A stretch of 64,000 nt of DNA from the human T2T-CHM13v2.0 reference genome, Homo sapiens. The stretch lies in the NCBI RefSeq assembly GCF_009914755.1, contig NC_060934.1; one strand, 5' to 3'. The notes under the pieces were generated by a model that made no database searches, had not been told where the DNA came from, and saw only the letters and a program-made list of their open reading frames with translations. Positions 12,129 to 26,853 of this stretch are shown in pieces; position 1 is the stretch's first letter; each line of letters starts with the position of its first letter. A program made the translations under genes and the position numbers.

Positions 12129-14849
12129 CAATGGTGGTGAGAATCAGCTGATGTGGCTGAAGAGACGCACAAGGTGCACCGTAGGTGGTGGCTGCTGTTC
12201 TTGTCAGTTTCCCGAGGCCCATCTGTGGCTCCCCACTGAGAGCCAGGGAAAGTTGCCGTGGCTAAAGGCTGATCAAAAATGGCTCAGTATTATTGTGGAA
12301 ACCTAAATAATTCCCCTGAGGAAGATTTTCCTGTCTGGCCTTGAGAGCATTCTGTGGTTCAGCTGAAAATACAGCTGAGTTGAAAAATGTACCTATTTCA
12401 GAATGAAGAATTGTAGCTGCTTTACAGGGACTGCTGTGGAGTCACCCAACTGTTTTCAGACAGTTTCACATTCAAAGGCCATTTCTTCTGATGTGAAGGA
12501 GACGTAGATGATGTCAAAAGATGGACCCCGCTGTCTGACCCTGGCCCACCTGTCAGGGCACTGCCCGGCCCCATCTCAGATTGTTCTGGGCCTGGGATCT
12601 CACTCTTTGTTCCTGTTGATATTTGCTGTATTTCGCCACTAAATTGGATTTGGACTCCAGCCTCCCACTGGGGAGATGTTTTGCTGCACCTCAGTGGAAG
12701 CCTCCACTGTGCAGATTCCTTGATGCTTACCGAAGCCTGCCATCCCTGGCCACCTGACAGCAGCAGGCACAGGCCTGGACACTTCTGTTGTCTCCAGAGA
12801 AAAGTGCCTAACTTTCACATCAAACCCCTAGGAAAGGTTTGACTTTCCAAATGTTAAGCATTTAGAATCAACTGACAGTTTATTCTCCAAGCAGCAAATA
12901 TACAAGTTGCCTAAATTAGAGTAATCCCAAATACCTGTGGACTCTGCTTGCCAGGTCTGTGCTAAGGCAGGAGCCACACACCTGGACTCTCTGGGCCTGG
13001 AGCCGCTGCCTGCAGCACCTGCAGCCTTCCCATGCATGCCAGTACAGCAGGGCAGCTGACCTTGGGTTCCATGGGGTCACCCAGAAGTTATCCTTTTCCT
13101 TGGGTCTGAAATGACTGGTGCATGCACTATTTCCACACTGGTTGTTTTAAGCAGGACGGTGACAGCAGCCAGGGCAGGTCTGTTCTGAGTGAGGAAGGAC
13201 AGTGAAGGAGGCTGGCCATGCTGTTTGTTGCCTCCCACTCTCTGCCCTATAGGAAAACAGGGTGGCACAGCAGTGACATTCACTGTCCAGGAGGCAGACA
13301 GGCCTTGGGGAGTGACTTGCCCTCCTGGGCTCTGGGCTATGGTAAGGATCAGAGGAGACCAGGGTCAAAACCTCCTCTGTTCCTGGCTCTGAGAGCCCCA
13401 CAGCCCGTGGCTGTGCTCATGGACAGGTCACCCTAAGTGGATCAGCTGCCTCATGGTGGGAGGTGCCCCCACTTGCCGGTTCTGAAATCTGGGCTGGCTA
13501 ATTAGCATCTGTGGCACCTCGGTTATCTGTGGGTGAAAGAGAAATCAGACAAGTTGCTTGCCTGGGCTTGGGGTCTGCAGAGGAAGTCCTTCCTGCACTA
13601 GGACTCACGTTCCCCTCCCCAGGTGGGGTTGAGGGTGGGGGTTCCATGGGCCAAATCTAGCCCTGTTTTGTATGGCCTGCAAGCTAAGGATGGCTTTGAA
13701 GTGTGGCAGAGACCATAATCACCTTTCCAGGAAAGGTGTGCCAGCCCATGATTTAAAACTACCTGGATTGCTCACATTTGCATGGATTCACTGAGGCTTG
13801 GTGGGACCATTCTTTTGCTGACCGTGAGAGGCAGCACGGCCAGCATGGGGCTACATGGCCGAGAGTGGTCGTTGGTGGCCAGGCGAGTTTGCCACAGGCA
13901 GGGATGGGGCCGAGGAGCCTTCAGAGTAGGAGGGAGGCTGTGCTGCACCTGGGCAGGATCTCAAGCCTCAGCACAGCAAGTGGTACCCGGGAGGGAGAGG
14001 ACAGTGGAGCGGAGGGAACACGTGTGTCTCCCGAGCACCTCCAGAGTCTGAAAACCCATGTTTCAAATCCCTCGAGTCAGAGTTGAAATCACAAAGAAAT
14101 CCTGGTCAAAACAGTGGGATTTTCATGACCTTGAAAACACACTGGCAGAAGAGCCCGCTCTGTTTTTTATTGGCTTTTGGCTGAAACGTGGCTGCGCTGG
14201 TCTTCTGGGCAAGTGGAGTGTGGGCACCACTGCAGGGGAGATGGTGCTGGTGTCCAGGGCAGCTCTCAGAGGAGGCCATCTGTAGCCCCGTTAGAGAAGC
14301 ACTTTGAAGTGTGTTTGGGGGTTGGTGAGGATGGAGGTCAGCCCATAGAGGGGCTGTGAGGGTCTGGACAGGGAACCAGAAAAACGACCTCCTCCACTGC
14401 TGGGCAAGGGTTTGCACTTCTTTTACGTGCAAAGCCGATTCACATTTGGCTTATCTATCCAGATGAACACACACACAAACACACCAAAACAGCAAACGAA
14501 AATAGCTCACGGGGTGAGCACAAATTTCTGTTGGGAGCATGCGTTGCTCGGAGGGGAAGGGGGAGAAACAGCAGTGTTCTCTGCGAAGCCAGCGCCGGGC
14601 AGGCTCCGAGCTCCAGCCCCAGTTGGCCAGGCAGCCAGATGCTGGACCAGTTGACAATAGGCTTCTGGGGCTGGACAGCCACAGGCTGGGATGCATGGCT
14701 CCTGCAGAGGGCAGGGCAGGTGGGGCAGCGGTGCTCTGCAGGGAGGGCGTGTCCCTGAACGGATGTAAGGTTGCTGGATGTAGGGTGGTAGGGCCTGGAG
14801 GGAGTTCCCAAAGCCACCGCTGCGCTCTAAACAGACAGCCTGCTTTCAA

Positions 14850-15510
14850 AATCACCTTAGTGCAGCGTAACTTCCATACAATGAAACACACTCATGATAA
14901 GCGACAATTTGATGAATTTTGACAAGTGTTTACTCCAGAGCATTACTTGCTTCTCCTTTGCAGCCAGTGCTCTGGACTCTCACCTTCACCCCCTGTCCTG
15001 GGCGACTGCGGCTTTCTTCCTGTCCCTGCTGCCTGGTCTTGCCTGCTGTAGAATCAGCGGAATAGATGCATTCTGTGCATCTGAGTGTTTGTGTTTTCCT
15101 GTCTCTTTCACCCAGTGGAGTGTTTGTGAGAGCACTGTGTGTTGCTGTGCGCGTGCAGCGGAGTGTTTGTGAGTGCAGCCTGTGTTGCTGTGCGCATGTT
15201 GTGGTTGTTTTCTTCATTCCATAGATGAGTTGTTGTAAAATACACCCTAGTTGGTGTCTCCCGCTCCTCGATGAGTGTTTTCTCGGTTTCCAGATTGAGG
15301 CTATTGTAAAGAAATCTGCTATTAATATTCCTGCACAAGCCTGTGTGTGCACATATGTTTTCATCTCTCTGTGTAAATACCTTAGGGCGGAATTGCTGGG
15401 TTGAATGGTAGTTGTTTGCTTGATTTTTATAAGAAACTCCAAGCTGTTTTCCAAAGTGGTTGCACCTGCAGTTGGGTATGAGCATGCCACTTTCTCCACA
15501 CACCTACCCT
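14850..15510 (-). mobile_element. Old L1 (L1ME/MB-like) 3' fragment
   Basis: GATGAATTTTGACAAGTG, CATATGTTTTCATCTCTCT...AATTGCTGGGT, and CTGTTTTCCAAAGTGGTTGCACC. Confidence 0.75.
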
Positions 15511-16352
15511 TCTTGCAGGGAGTGGTACCTCACATGCCTCCCTCTGACTAACGACACGGGGCATCCTTCCATGCATGGAGTGGCCATTTCTAGCCCTCTT
15601 CTGTAAAGAAAGGGGAGGGCTCCCTGCTGCTTGCACGCTGCCTCCTAAGTGCATTATCAGAACAAGGAAAGGAGGCGCTGGCTTCCCTTCCCTTCTGTCT
15701 TCCTCAAATAAACATGTAGATTAAAAAAAAAAAAGAGTCGATTTCCTCATGGAAACTTACATGGAACAAGGACCTGGCGTCGGACACAGCTGGGATGCAG
15801 CATATCTGCACCTGATGCTTTTCTGGATGATGCATGTCATCCACATTTGAGAGAGGCTGAAAATCTTTCTGAATCAGAATCAGGGAAAAATTTTTTGCAA
15901 TGACCATCTTTAAGTGCTTATGACCCCGTGTAAATATAATTGGTGTCAAAGTGATGGTACTTCTTTAAAAAGTCAGATTTGACTAATTTATAAATTAATA
16001 GACAAGATATTTAATTTTTGTCGCCTTTTATTTTATTTCTGAATCTGCTGCTTGTAAGGCAGACATGACATGTTCTTATTAGTTTATTGTTCATTTCATT
16101 AATTCACTCATTCTTTTTTTATCCATTCATCCAACCATGTGTTCCTTCCAAGTGGCACGCACTGTACTGATTGCTTTATGTCAATTAACTAAACCATTAA
16201 TTAATTAATCCATCAATGAATGAATCCATCAACCAGCGAACCCGTCAATTCACTAATCCTATCCACAGTGCTTTTCTTCCCTCTTCTTCTTTTTCCTTTT
16301 ATTCTTCTCTCCTTTCTTCCTCTGCCTTTTTCTTTCCTTCCTTTCTTCCCAC

Positions 16353-16854
16353 TGAAAGGATACTCTCCTTGATCAGACTTTAGTCAGGCTTCTCTTTTGA
16401 CTAGGCTGTGGCCTTGGTCCCCATCCTTGCTGGGCCTGATTTGTCTCATTCCAGCAAGAACCCCGCTAAGTCCATTTAGAGAGAAGCTTCCACCCTTCAT
16501 ACCTGATCAAATCCTTATCCCCCACTCTCAGTGTCTGCTCATCCTGGCCCACCTTTGATAAGAGTCCTTCCCCCACTCTCAGTGTCTGCTCATCCTGGCC
16601 CGCCTTTGGCAAGAATCCTGTTTGGCCAGGTTGGCAAGAATTCTCCTACCCCTGAGGCCTCCTCTCAGAGATTTTCCAGGCACTGCCCCTTCTGCCCCAG
16701 CTCCTTGGCTGTAAACCCCACTTGTTCTTGCTATGTTTAGAATGCAGCCCAGTTGCACACCCAGGTCTCACTGCCCCCACTGCGGTAGTTCCTGAATGAA
16801 ACCTGCTTTTCTGCTTTAACTTCTGTCTGGCTCTGGTTCCCTTCCTTCTTTTCA
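16353..16854 (+). mobile_element. ERV1 solo LTR, MER31/MER67-like
   Basis: CTCTCCTTGATCAGACTTTAGTCAGGCTTCTC...GCAAGAACCCCGCTAAGTCCATTTAGAGAGAA; contains an internal 51-bp duplication. Confidence 0.65.
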
Positions 16855-18914
16855 TATGTGTTACTGGTCACTTATTTACGAAGCATCCAGGCAGGCCAAC
16901 CTGCCAGTCCCACCTTCACTGACTGATTGGGGAGACAATTATACAGGAAGCCCACTGCGATCAAATGTGACGGATTCCTCTCTACTGAACCTGTGTGGAC
17001 AGAAGGACAAGGGGGAGAGTGAAGAGAAGGCGGTCCGAGCAGATACAAGGTCTGCTTCCTCCACCGGATGGTGCTGGCTTGTCGCAAGCATTGATTCTGT
17101 CTTCCTGCACAGGGCTTCCTCTATGGCAAGCCGTTTGTGTAAGGAGGGGAGGGGGAAAATGGTAGTGTGGCTGGGAAGGTAGGCCCAGTGGGGAAGAGCA
17201 GGGTGGGCTTCTGCAGGGGTGGGGGTACCCAAATGGCAAGTGGGAGTCACTGCCTCTGCTCCCTTTTCCTGACCTGGGACCGCCCAGCCTGGCAGAAGGA
17301 GGACCCCCTAGCCTGGCAGAAGGGGGACCCCCTCTCATCATGGATGAATCTGCATTAGCGTACTGACTCCCGGCCAACCCATGGGACAGGCTACTAAAGC
17401 AGAGATGGTCAAGCAGGACACCAGACGGGGACTGTGCTCAGGGCACACAGTGCCTCGCATGCCCAGAGGACCCGAGAATCACTGAGGCACCTTCTGCCAC
17501 CTCGGGGGCCTCTTTTGGGGTTTCTTTAGCCACAACGAATGAGCCTGAGCCAAGGAATGGGACAGAGTCTTCAAGGGGTGGGGATATTGAGGCACAGAAA
17601 GGTGATGTAACTTTCCCACGGGCACGTGGTCAATGAAATGTCACTATCCCCAATCAGCAAGAGGGAGGCATGAGACCTGAGCTGGAGCTGACCGACTCAG
17701 AGCCCATGCTCCCCGTCATTCCACTCCTGGAACAATTGGGTACCACCCAGCCCAGCCTGGTACGGCACCTCAGGGCAGCCTGAGCAGCTGCCAGGCACTC
17801 GGGGAAGCAGGAGGGGGCAGCTGTGTGGTCTGGCTGGAGACAGAGGTGGGAACCACCCCCCTTTCCTTTTTGTCCACCCGGAGCCACCCTGTCCAGGGAG
17901 GGCAGGTGAGGGCCACTCCCTGCAGCCCTTTCCCTCGAGTGAGCACACGGGCAGCCCTGGGTCCAGGGCACCACAGCAAGGAGTGATCTGGAAAGGCAGG
18001 GAGGATGGAGCAATGGCTTTGAAGTCAGTCTGGGTAGGTCAAGGCCCATCTCTGCCTCATCTGCCCTGAAACCTTGGGCAGGAGACTGACACCCTCTGAG
18101 TGTCAGTTTTACCATCCGTCATGTGGTGATAAGGAGAGAAAGCACTTGGGGGACACTGAGGACTGAGCCAGATTCTCCACCTTTACCCACTACCAGGACG
18201 CCCAGGTGCCGGAATGTTCACTTTTCTGATTACAGTTTGTCTCAATTACTGCGTGAAGACACGCTGAGGAAGGCCTCTGGGGATGGGTGTACAGGTTTCC
18301 CCAGCCCAGCTCTGCCTGCTCTTCACTAGAGTCCTCATCCTCTGCTGTTTCGCGAGGTGAGTCACACACGCCATCCACAAGGCAGCAGGGAGAGAAAGGC
18401 CTTGCAGGGAGGATGCTGATGAGATAACTGATGCATTTGTAGCTGCATGTTAATGCGAAAAGCGCTGGGAGTGTGCGTCTTAATCTCTGGGAAGGAGAAT
18501 TAGTGCACCCTAAGACACTATTTCTTCCCAGAGAGCACCTGACTTGCCACCCGGGTCAGACCAATTAGGAAAGGAGCTCTGCAATCAGCTTCGTCTCGGA
18601 AGCAGCCTGCTGATCTGCCCACAATGGGGAGGCTGGCCCTGCACGCGTTTCTGTGTTAACCTCCCACACAATCCACTCACCCAGGGCCGCAAGGAAACAG
18701 AAAGAAACAATAGTTCCCAAATGCCTGACGACCCAGCAGAGGGACCTAGAAAACCTGGGCAGCTCCCCAAGAGTTTCTCTCTCGACCCCGAGGGCAGGCT
18801 GGAAACCAGATCTCCCTCACTCTGGGGACAGGAGCCACATTCACCTGTTGGCGGGGTGGGCACTGCTCAGTGATTCAGCAGGCACTTTACAAAATTACCA
18901 TTTTTAAATAAGTA

Positions 18915-19524
<610 letters not shown>

Positions 19525-21049
19525 AGCAAGCACATTCTGAGAGCTGGGCACTTGGGGAGGGGCCAGCCATGTGAGTGCACAGTGGCCAACCTGTGGGCTT
19601 GTTCTTAGACACTCCAGGTCACTGGGCACTCAGGAAAGGACAGTGGTGTGTCCCCAATGTGGACTTGGTGCTTTCTGTGTGGGCTTGATGCTGATGTACA
19701 AGTAAGGATTGCTGTTCCCTGTCCCCAAAGGGCCTGCCAGCAGCTGGACACCATCTTTCACGAAGTGTTCCTGTGGGCAGCAAAGTCATGCAGGTGGCAG
19801 GGATAGAACCTGCCCCATCACCAGGTCTTCTGGACCAGCCTTGGCTGCCTCTGGACATATCCCATTGGGCGGGGTTCCTGGATGCCACCCAGACCCTCAT
19901 GGTCTCTGTCATTTTCTCTGCCCACCCCCAAGCCCTCGGGCTCATGGCTGCCTTTCCTACTAAAGCCCCTGCTTGCTGAACCAGAGCTAAGGTTCATGGA
20001 GCCCCTACAGGTTGAGGAAAGGCCCCGACGGTCCAGGAGCCAGGGGTGCTGTCCCCTGCCCTGCAGGATCTGCAGCCTATGCATGCTGCTCTGGAACCTT
20101 CCCAACCTCCTAGACCAGAAGGCATGTCCTCCTGTAGCAGCTGCTGCTGGGAGCCGTCCTAGGACCTGTGACACAGGAGGGCAGCAAGCTAAAAGCTCGT
20201 GATTCCCTTGCCCACTCTGGACGCCAAAGCATCCCTGACTGATGATGGTCAGGAAGCCCCAGACAGAAAGAAGCCTCCCCTTCAGCCTCCCCTAAGGGTT
20301 TGTGTATCCCCTTGCTCCCTTGGGGTCAAGATGGGGCTCCGGAGCCCCATGGCTGTGCCTGGCCCTCCTTGCCCTGGGGACAGCTGCCTTTCTAGAAATT
20401 GGCCAGGCTGATGATGGATCGCACTTTTGCATCATCACCATCCAAGGGACCATTGCTATAGCTGAAAAAGATTTATTTTCAGGAATTGCATGTCTTATTC
20501 CACACTGAATCCTGGCTCTCTTCTCGTAAAAAACACACGGGCATATGCGTGCGTGCACTCATATACATGTACCTCAACACACAGATGTGTATATCCCCTC
20601 TTTGGCCTCGTCGTCCATTTCCCTAGTTCTGCTTTATGTAACAGCATTTGATGCCACAGAGCCAGCCCCTACTTAAAACTGCAGTTGATCCTCCAGGCAC
20701 AGCACGGAGGGAGGGAGCTCATTACTGAGCCCTGTGGCCTCAGCGGGAAGCACAGCTATTACTATCAACTTGAAACAAGCATGAGGAGCAATTAGGTGTT
20801 CTCTAAAAATCCAAGTTTGTGTGTGCAAAGGGCTGAAATAGCCAGAGATGGGAACACATTACACTGAAGATGGCAAAGACACAGATATAAAACTTTGAAA
20901 ATAAATGAACTGTCTGAGCCATGGCTTAGCAAGGAAGAAGGACGGCTGTCCACTCTTTTTGAATCTGAATTCATGCATGATGTCTGCTGGGTGGAGGTCC
21001 TCATCTACCAGGGAACCAGGTGAGAAGTCAGGATGTGCATTCCAAGGAG

Positions 21050-21385
21050 CAGAACGCCGACACGCTGCAGCGTGGATGAACCTCGGAAGCATTACGCCCT
21101 GCAGAGGAAGCCAGACATACAGGACCACGTATCACATGAGTCCATTTATAGGAAGTGTTCAGAACAGGCAGATCTACAGAGCCAGAAGTAGTTAGGAGTT
21201 CCCTGGGGCTGGGGATGGGAACAGGATGAACTATAAATGCCCATGAGGCTCTCACTGGGGTGACAGAGATGCTCCCGAACTGCAATGTGGTGATGTTTCC
21301 ACAGCTTGATGCATTTATTAAGAATCATTGTGGTGTACACATAAAATGGGTGAATGTTATGCTGTGTAATTTATACCTTAACATT
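21050..21385 (+). mobile_element. Old L1 (L1MB/ME-like) 3' end
   Basis: TGGATGAACCTCGGAAGCATTA...GAAGCCAGACA...AAAATGGGTGAATGTTATGCTGTGTAATTTATACCTTAA. Confidence 0.75.
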
Positions 21386-22266
21386 TTTTTTAAAGCCAGT
21401 GCATGCATAAAATTCTATAGCAACCAGCATGATATTCCATGCCTATAATATGTCCATAGAAAACACCCTGGAATTTAGGGGAAGCATAGACAAATGGGAT
21501 CCGAAGTTTGATGGACCCTTTTAAGGGTCTGAAGTTTTGATGAACACTTTAAAGTGTGTTCTTTCTGCTTTTCTACCTAAAGGAAACATGTTCTAGGAAG
21601 TGAAATGAGAGCAAGGGAAGAACAGATCCTTGGGGAGTTGAGGGGAGCAGTTACTGTGGTAAGAGCCGTGGTGGAGGGAGGGGAAGGGAGAAGGAAGAAG
21701 AGAAGGGAGTGGGGGGAGTAGATGAGGATGGGGAGACACGTTTTCTAGGGGAGTTAAGAAAATTTTATTTTTTATTTTTTGTAGATCACGTACATCATCC
21801 TTACAACAAAATAATCTGATAAAGATAAGCCAAGGCAAGACTAAATATAAAAATGTCTACAAGGCATTTCCATTGGGATGTGCTGGCAAGATGACCTTTG
21901 GGTGCTGATGGCTGGAGGGGGCCAGAGGAAGTTAGGACATGTGGTTTTAAGGAAATGAAGCCAGTGAGAAAGACCCAGCACGGGAGTGAGCGTCTGCGGG
22001 GGCAAAGCTGACTTGAGGCCAGTGAATGTTTCACTACTTGAACATAAGGCTAACGATTGTGCTGAAATAGACAGTGATTCATTCCTAGCTCTCTTCCTTT
22101 GAAATGCAATTCCAGCTCCAATAACATATCTAGATTTTAACTACCCCAAAGCATGAATTTCAAATTGAATGAAAACAACTCTGTGAAATTAGGTATAAAA
22201 ACTCACTCCCTCATCAGCATGCTGGGACGGAGGAAGAGGCAATGGCATTGTGATGAGAAAGAGCTT

Positions 22267-23152
22267 CACTGTGTTTGGAAGGTCCCTACCAAAACTCACG
22301 TTGAAATTTAATTGCCACTGTAACGGTATTGGGAGGTGAGGCCTTGAAAAGGTCATGAGCTCATAGGTTAGTCATCCTAGGAGTGGCCTCGAAGGGGTCA
22401 CGAGCTCATGGGTTAGTTATCCCAGGAGTGGGCTCGAAGGGGTAATGAGCTCATAGGTTAGTCATCCTAGGAGTGGGCTTGAAGGGGTCATGAGCTCATG
22501 GGTTAGTCATCCTAGGAGTGGCCTCGAAGGGGTCACGAGCTCATGGGTTAGTTATCCCAGGAGTGGGCTCGAAGGGGTAATGAGCTCATAGGTTAGTCAT
22601 CCTAGGAGTGGGCTTGAAGGGGTCATGAGCTCATGGGTTAGTCATCCTAGGAGTGGGCTTGAAGGGGTAATGAGCTCATGGGTTAGTCATCCTAGGAGTG
22701 GGCTTGAAGGGGTAATGAGCTCATAGGTTAGTCATCCTAGGAGTGGGCTCAAAGGAGTCATGAGCTCATAGGTTAGTCATCCTAGGAGTGGGCTCGAAGG
22801 GGTAATGAGCTCATGGGTTAGTCATCCTAGGAGTGGGCTTGAAGGGGTCATGAGCTCATGGGTTAGTTATCCCAGGAGTGGCCTCGAAGGGGTCATGAGC
22901 TCATGGGTTAGTCATCCTAGGAGTGGGCTCCTGATAAAAGGATGAGTGTGGCCTAATTTCCTCTCTGTCTCAAATGCTCACTTCCACCCTTCTGCCTTCT
23001 GCCATGATGGGACCCTCCCAGATGTTGTCACCTTGTTCGAGGCCTTCCCAGCCTCCAGAACTTCTGTTCTATATTAACAGATAAACTTCTGTTCTATATT
23101 AATGACCCAGTCTGCTGTATTCTGTTATAGCAGCAGAAAATGGACTAAGACA
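22267..23152 (+). mobile_element. MST-family MaLR solo LTR with an internal minisatellite
   Basis: AAAACTCACGTTGAAATTTAATTGCCA start, GAAAATGGACTAAGACA end, and near-TSD AGCTT/AGCCT. Confidence 0.85.
22346..22930. repeat. Minisatellite, 13 x 45 bp
   Basis: Unit GAAGGGGTCATGAGCTCATGGGTTAGTCATCCTAGGAGTGGGCTC; exact 45-bp period with no indels. Confidence 0.97.
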
Positions 23153-24432
23153 AGCCTCCAGGTTCCATGTGCATGTATGCAAACTCCAGTGGGAGCAGGT
23201 AACAGCAGGCAGCCTTCTGGTCAGTTACAGCAACGCTGGCTCTGTGTTTCCTCCATAAACTGTAACCATTCCTGTAACTTCCAAATGGAGGTTTTGTGAG
23301 GGTTAGAGAGAGAATGGCTTGTGGAGTACCTGGCATGCCGACACGTAAAAGCTCTTATCATCCTCTTCAGCAAGAGCCCACCATGGGTGGTTAATAATAG
23401 TCCTGCTGAGGGTCACTTGGTCACAGCAGCGACTTCTGTGGAGCTCAGTTTTGGCCAGCACAACACCCATCTTGGTTCTCAGTGCAAAGGGAGGCATTCG
23501 TCTTTTCCCTTGAAGATCATCATAAATATGGATTCATTTCCTCTGTGTTTGTTCACATTTGCAGTAGAAATTGATCAGTAAGTACAACCAAATAGAGTCC
23601 TCTTCTATTTTTGATTTTAACAAATTTCACTTTTTTATTACTTTATCACTTTATGCTCGGCTAGTGTTGTAAGCCCTATCCACACAGGGCATGCCTTGCT
23701 CTGGAATTGAAAGCGAGTTTCCAGCGCCTTCCCAGGAAGTGCTCTGGGAGACTGAACCTCAGGAAGAGAGCTGCCTGGGCCATGGACATCTCCCTAATGT
23801 GTAGAAAGAAAATCCCTATTTAACATGCAAACAATCAATAAGCACAAGGTATAAATGGGGGGATATTTCTACCTGCTGTTTCCTGAGCATCAGTGAGATC
23901 CATTGCTCAGTGCTATCTCGCACCTGCTGAGCCGGAGCTCACCAACCTGCTGACTACAACAATCGTGCTTCACATGAAAGGCCTGGGGTTTTTTCCCAAC
24001 TCAATACTATCTGAAGCAAATATGAGACTTTAAATAGACACTGGGAAACTTTATTCTCTGGGGCAACCAACTTCCCCATGGTGGTTCTTGCTTTCTTCCT
24101 TTTTCTTCATCGATCATACTCTTTGAAAAAAAATCACTTTTAAATGATATTCTCTTGAAGCCCAGTGGTTCCAGCCACACAATCCAGCTACATTCATGTT
24201 CTGGCTGCCGGGAAAAACCAATAACCACACAAAGACACCCCCACACCAACAGCCCCCACGCAGATACCCCTGCACCCCCTACACACAGACACCCCACAAA
24301 CAGACACCCCACACACCACCACCAGGTAGAAAGGCTGAGGTAGGCTTATTTTTTAAGGCAACTAATATTTATATTAGGAATTTTAAATGATCACTTCTAC
24401 TTTCATTTAAAAAATTTTTAATCTTTTTATTT

Positions 24433-24753
<321 letters not shown>

Positions 24754-25127
24754 TGCTACTTTCCTATTATGAGTGGTGGTGCCCAGCCACAGCCAGGGCT
24801 TGTACTAATGTCCTCTACTCCAAGCCTGCTTTTTCTCCTCACTTAGAAGAGATTAAAAGTGGGCAGCTGGGATGTCCCAGAGCTGTTCGTCTGGGACCCA
24901 AATCCCCTTTTTTTTTTCTGAGGGCTTGCCACTAGTCACCTTGACTTATAGATTAGGAACCAGGATACCCAGAGAATTCAGTAACATATGAGAGCATCTG
25001 CCTTTCCTGAGGGGGATGTTTGCCACCAGGGCCTGATCAAATTCACTGGTGTCCCTGTTCCCATTATTGGGTGGAGTTTTGAGGGAGTCTGGCTCGTGGG
25101 TGGCTCCTAGTCTCATAGGCATGGAGA

Positions 25128-25197
25128 TGTGTGTGTGCACCTGTGAGTGTTTGGTGTGTGTGCATGTGCATTTGTGCATGTGTGCACATGTGTGTGC

Positions 25198-25229
<32 letters not shown>
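25128..25229. repeat. (TG)n microsatellite, imperfect then pure
   Basis: Direct reading. Confidence 0.9.
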
Positions 25230-25232
<3 letters not shown>

Positions 25233-25947
25233 AGAAGCCATTCCATTTACCTAGATGTTTGGGTTACAGTTTTTTTTTTGCAAAATTCACAGATAATTTA
25301 CTCTTTAGCATAGAGGGATTTTTAAATTAAACTTTCTTTATAAAGTTTTTCATAAAAACTAGAGGTGTTGATTTCTATGTTTTCCTGTCCCCTCTGGTCT
25401 TGACGCTGATGTTTTGTGGCCAGGCCTGGGCTTGGGACAGGCTCTGCTCAGAGCCACAACTTGCCATATTTCTGTGTACCTACCTGGCAACGGAGGGAAG
25501 ACAGTTCCTACGTCCTAATTAGTGAAGGAAGAACAGATGGCCGCAGATGCCTGAAGGCAAGGATGGAGGGAGGCACCCAGCGGCGACACCAGAATAAAGA
25601 GCCGATTGCAGCCCAGTTCAGTCCTTCCTGACAAAGGGGCCTAAAGAGTCTCAGCCCACGAATATGCCTCAGCAGTTTTACTTTGCAAACTACACTCCAA
25701 AAAGGGCAACCTTCTTTTAGAGAAGCTGCCAAAATGATTGCACCGTGCGGATGACGAGCTGCCACAGAGTGCCGAAGAGGAGGCCGTTTCAAATCACGGC
25801 CGTGTTCCGTCCATTATTTTGAAAGGACTGTGCAGAAAAGGTGGTCATTGGTGGGATGCTCTTTGACCTTGAGACGCTAGGGTTCAGAGAAGCCATTGTG
25901 AACATCACTAATGTGTGTGTGTCTGCGTGTGCATGTGTGTTCATGTG

Positions 25948-26848
25948 TGTTGCTGGTGAAAGAAGCCAAACTCTGTAAAATATTTGAAGAGATTTTTTTT
26001 CTGAGCCAAATGTGAGGACTGTGACCCATGACACAGCCTCAGGAGGTCTGAGAACATTTGCCCAAGGTGATTGGGTGGCAGCTTAGTTTTATACCTTTTA
26101 GGGAGACATAAGACATCAATCAATACATGTGAAGTATTCATTGGTTTCATCTGGAAAGGTGGGACATCTCAAAGTGGTGGTGAGGCAGGTGCTTCCAAAA
26201 CACTGGTGGATTCAAAGATTTTCTGATTGGCAATTGGCTGAAATAGTTAAATTATTATCTAAAGAACTGGAATCAGTAGAAAGGAGTGTCTGGGTTAAGA
26301 TAAGGAATTTTAGAGACCAATGTTCTTATTATCTAGATAAAGTCTCCTGGGTGGCTGCCCTTAGAAGCAATAGGTGGCAAATGTTTCCTGTTGAGACTTT
26401 TAAAAGGTGCTAGGCTCTCAGTTAATTTTTTTCAGGATCGGAAAATGACCTGGAAGTGAAGGCGATTCTCCACAGAATGTAAATTTCTCCCACAAGAGAT
26501 AGCTTTGCAGGGCCATTTCAGAATAGGTCAAAAAATATATCCTGAGGTAAGATACTTTGATTTCTTTCAGGGCCTGCTATCTGTCATGTGGTTTTATGCT
26601 CGAGTCAGGTTAGAATGTGGTACCTTATTGCTATCAAGAGTCTGCTTTGTCAGTCTTAAGATCTCTGCTTTCACATTAGTGCTGGTCAGTTGTGCCTGAA
26701 TTCCAGAGGAAGGAAGGTATAACGAGGCAGTCCAACCCCCACTTCCCATCATGGCCTGAACTAGGATTTTTTAGGTTGCTTTGGAATCCCTTTGGCCAAG
26801 AGGAGGAGTCCATTCAGTCAGTTGGGGGACTTAGAATTTTATTTTTGG

Positions 26849-26853
<5 letters not shown>
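25948..26853 (-). mobile_element. ERV1 solo LTR, MER4D/E-like
   Basis: Reverse strand begins GTAAACCAAAAATAAAATTCTAAGTCCCCCAAC; other end has AGCCAAACTCTGTAAAATATTTGAAGAGATTT; about 900 bp; flanked by TG repeats on both sides. Confidence 0.85.

Noticed and set aside
22346-22930. CRISPR-like appearance (regular palindromic repeats)
   Set aside because: Units are contiguous with no unique spacers, there are no cas genes, and the array sits inside a mammalian LTR.
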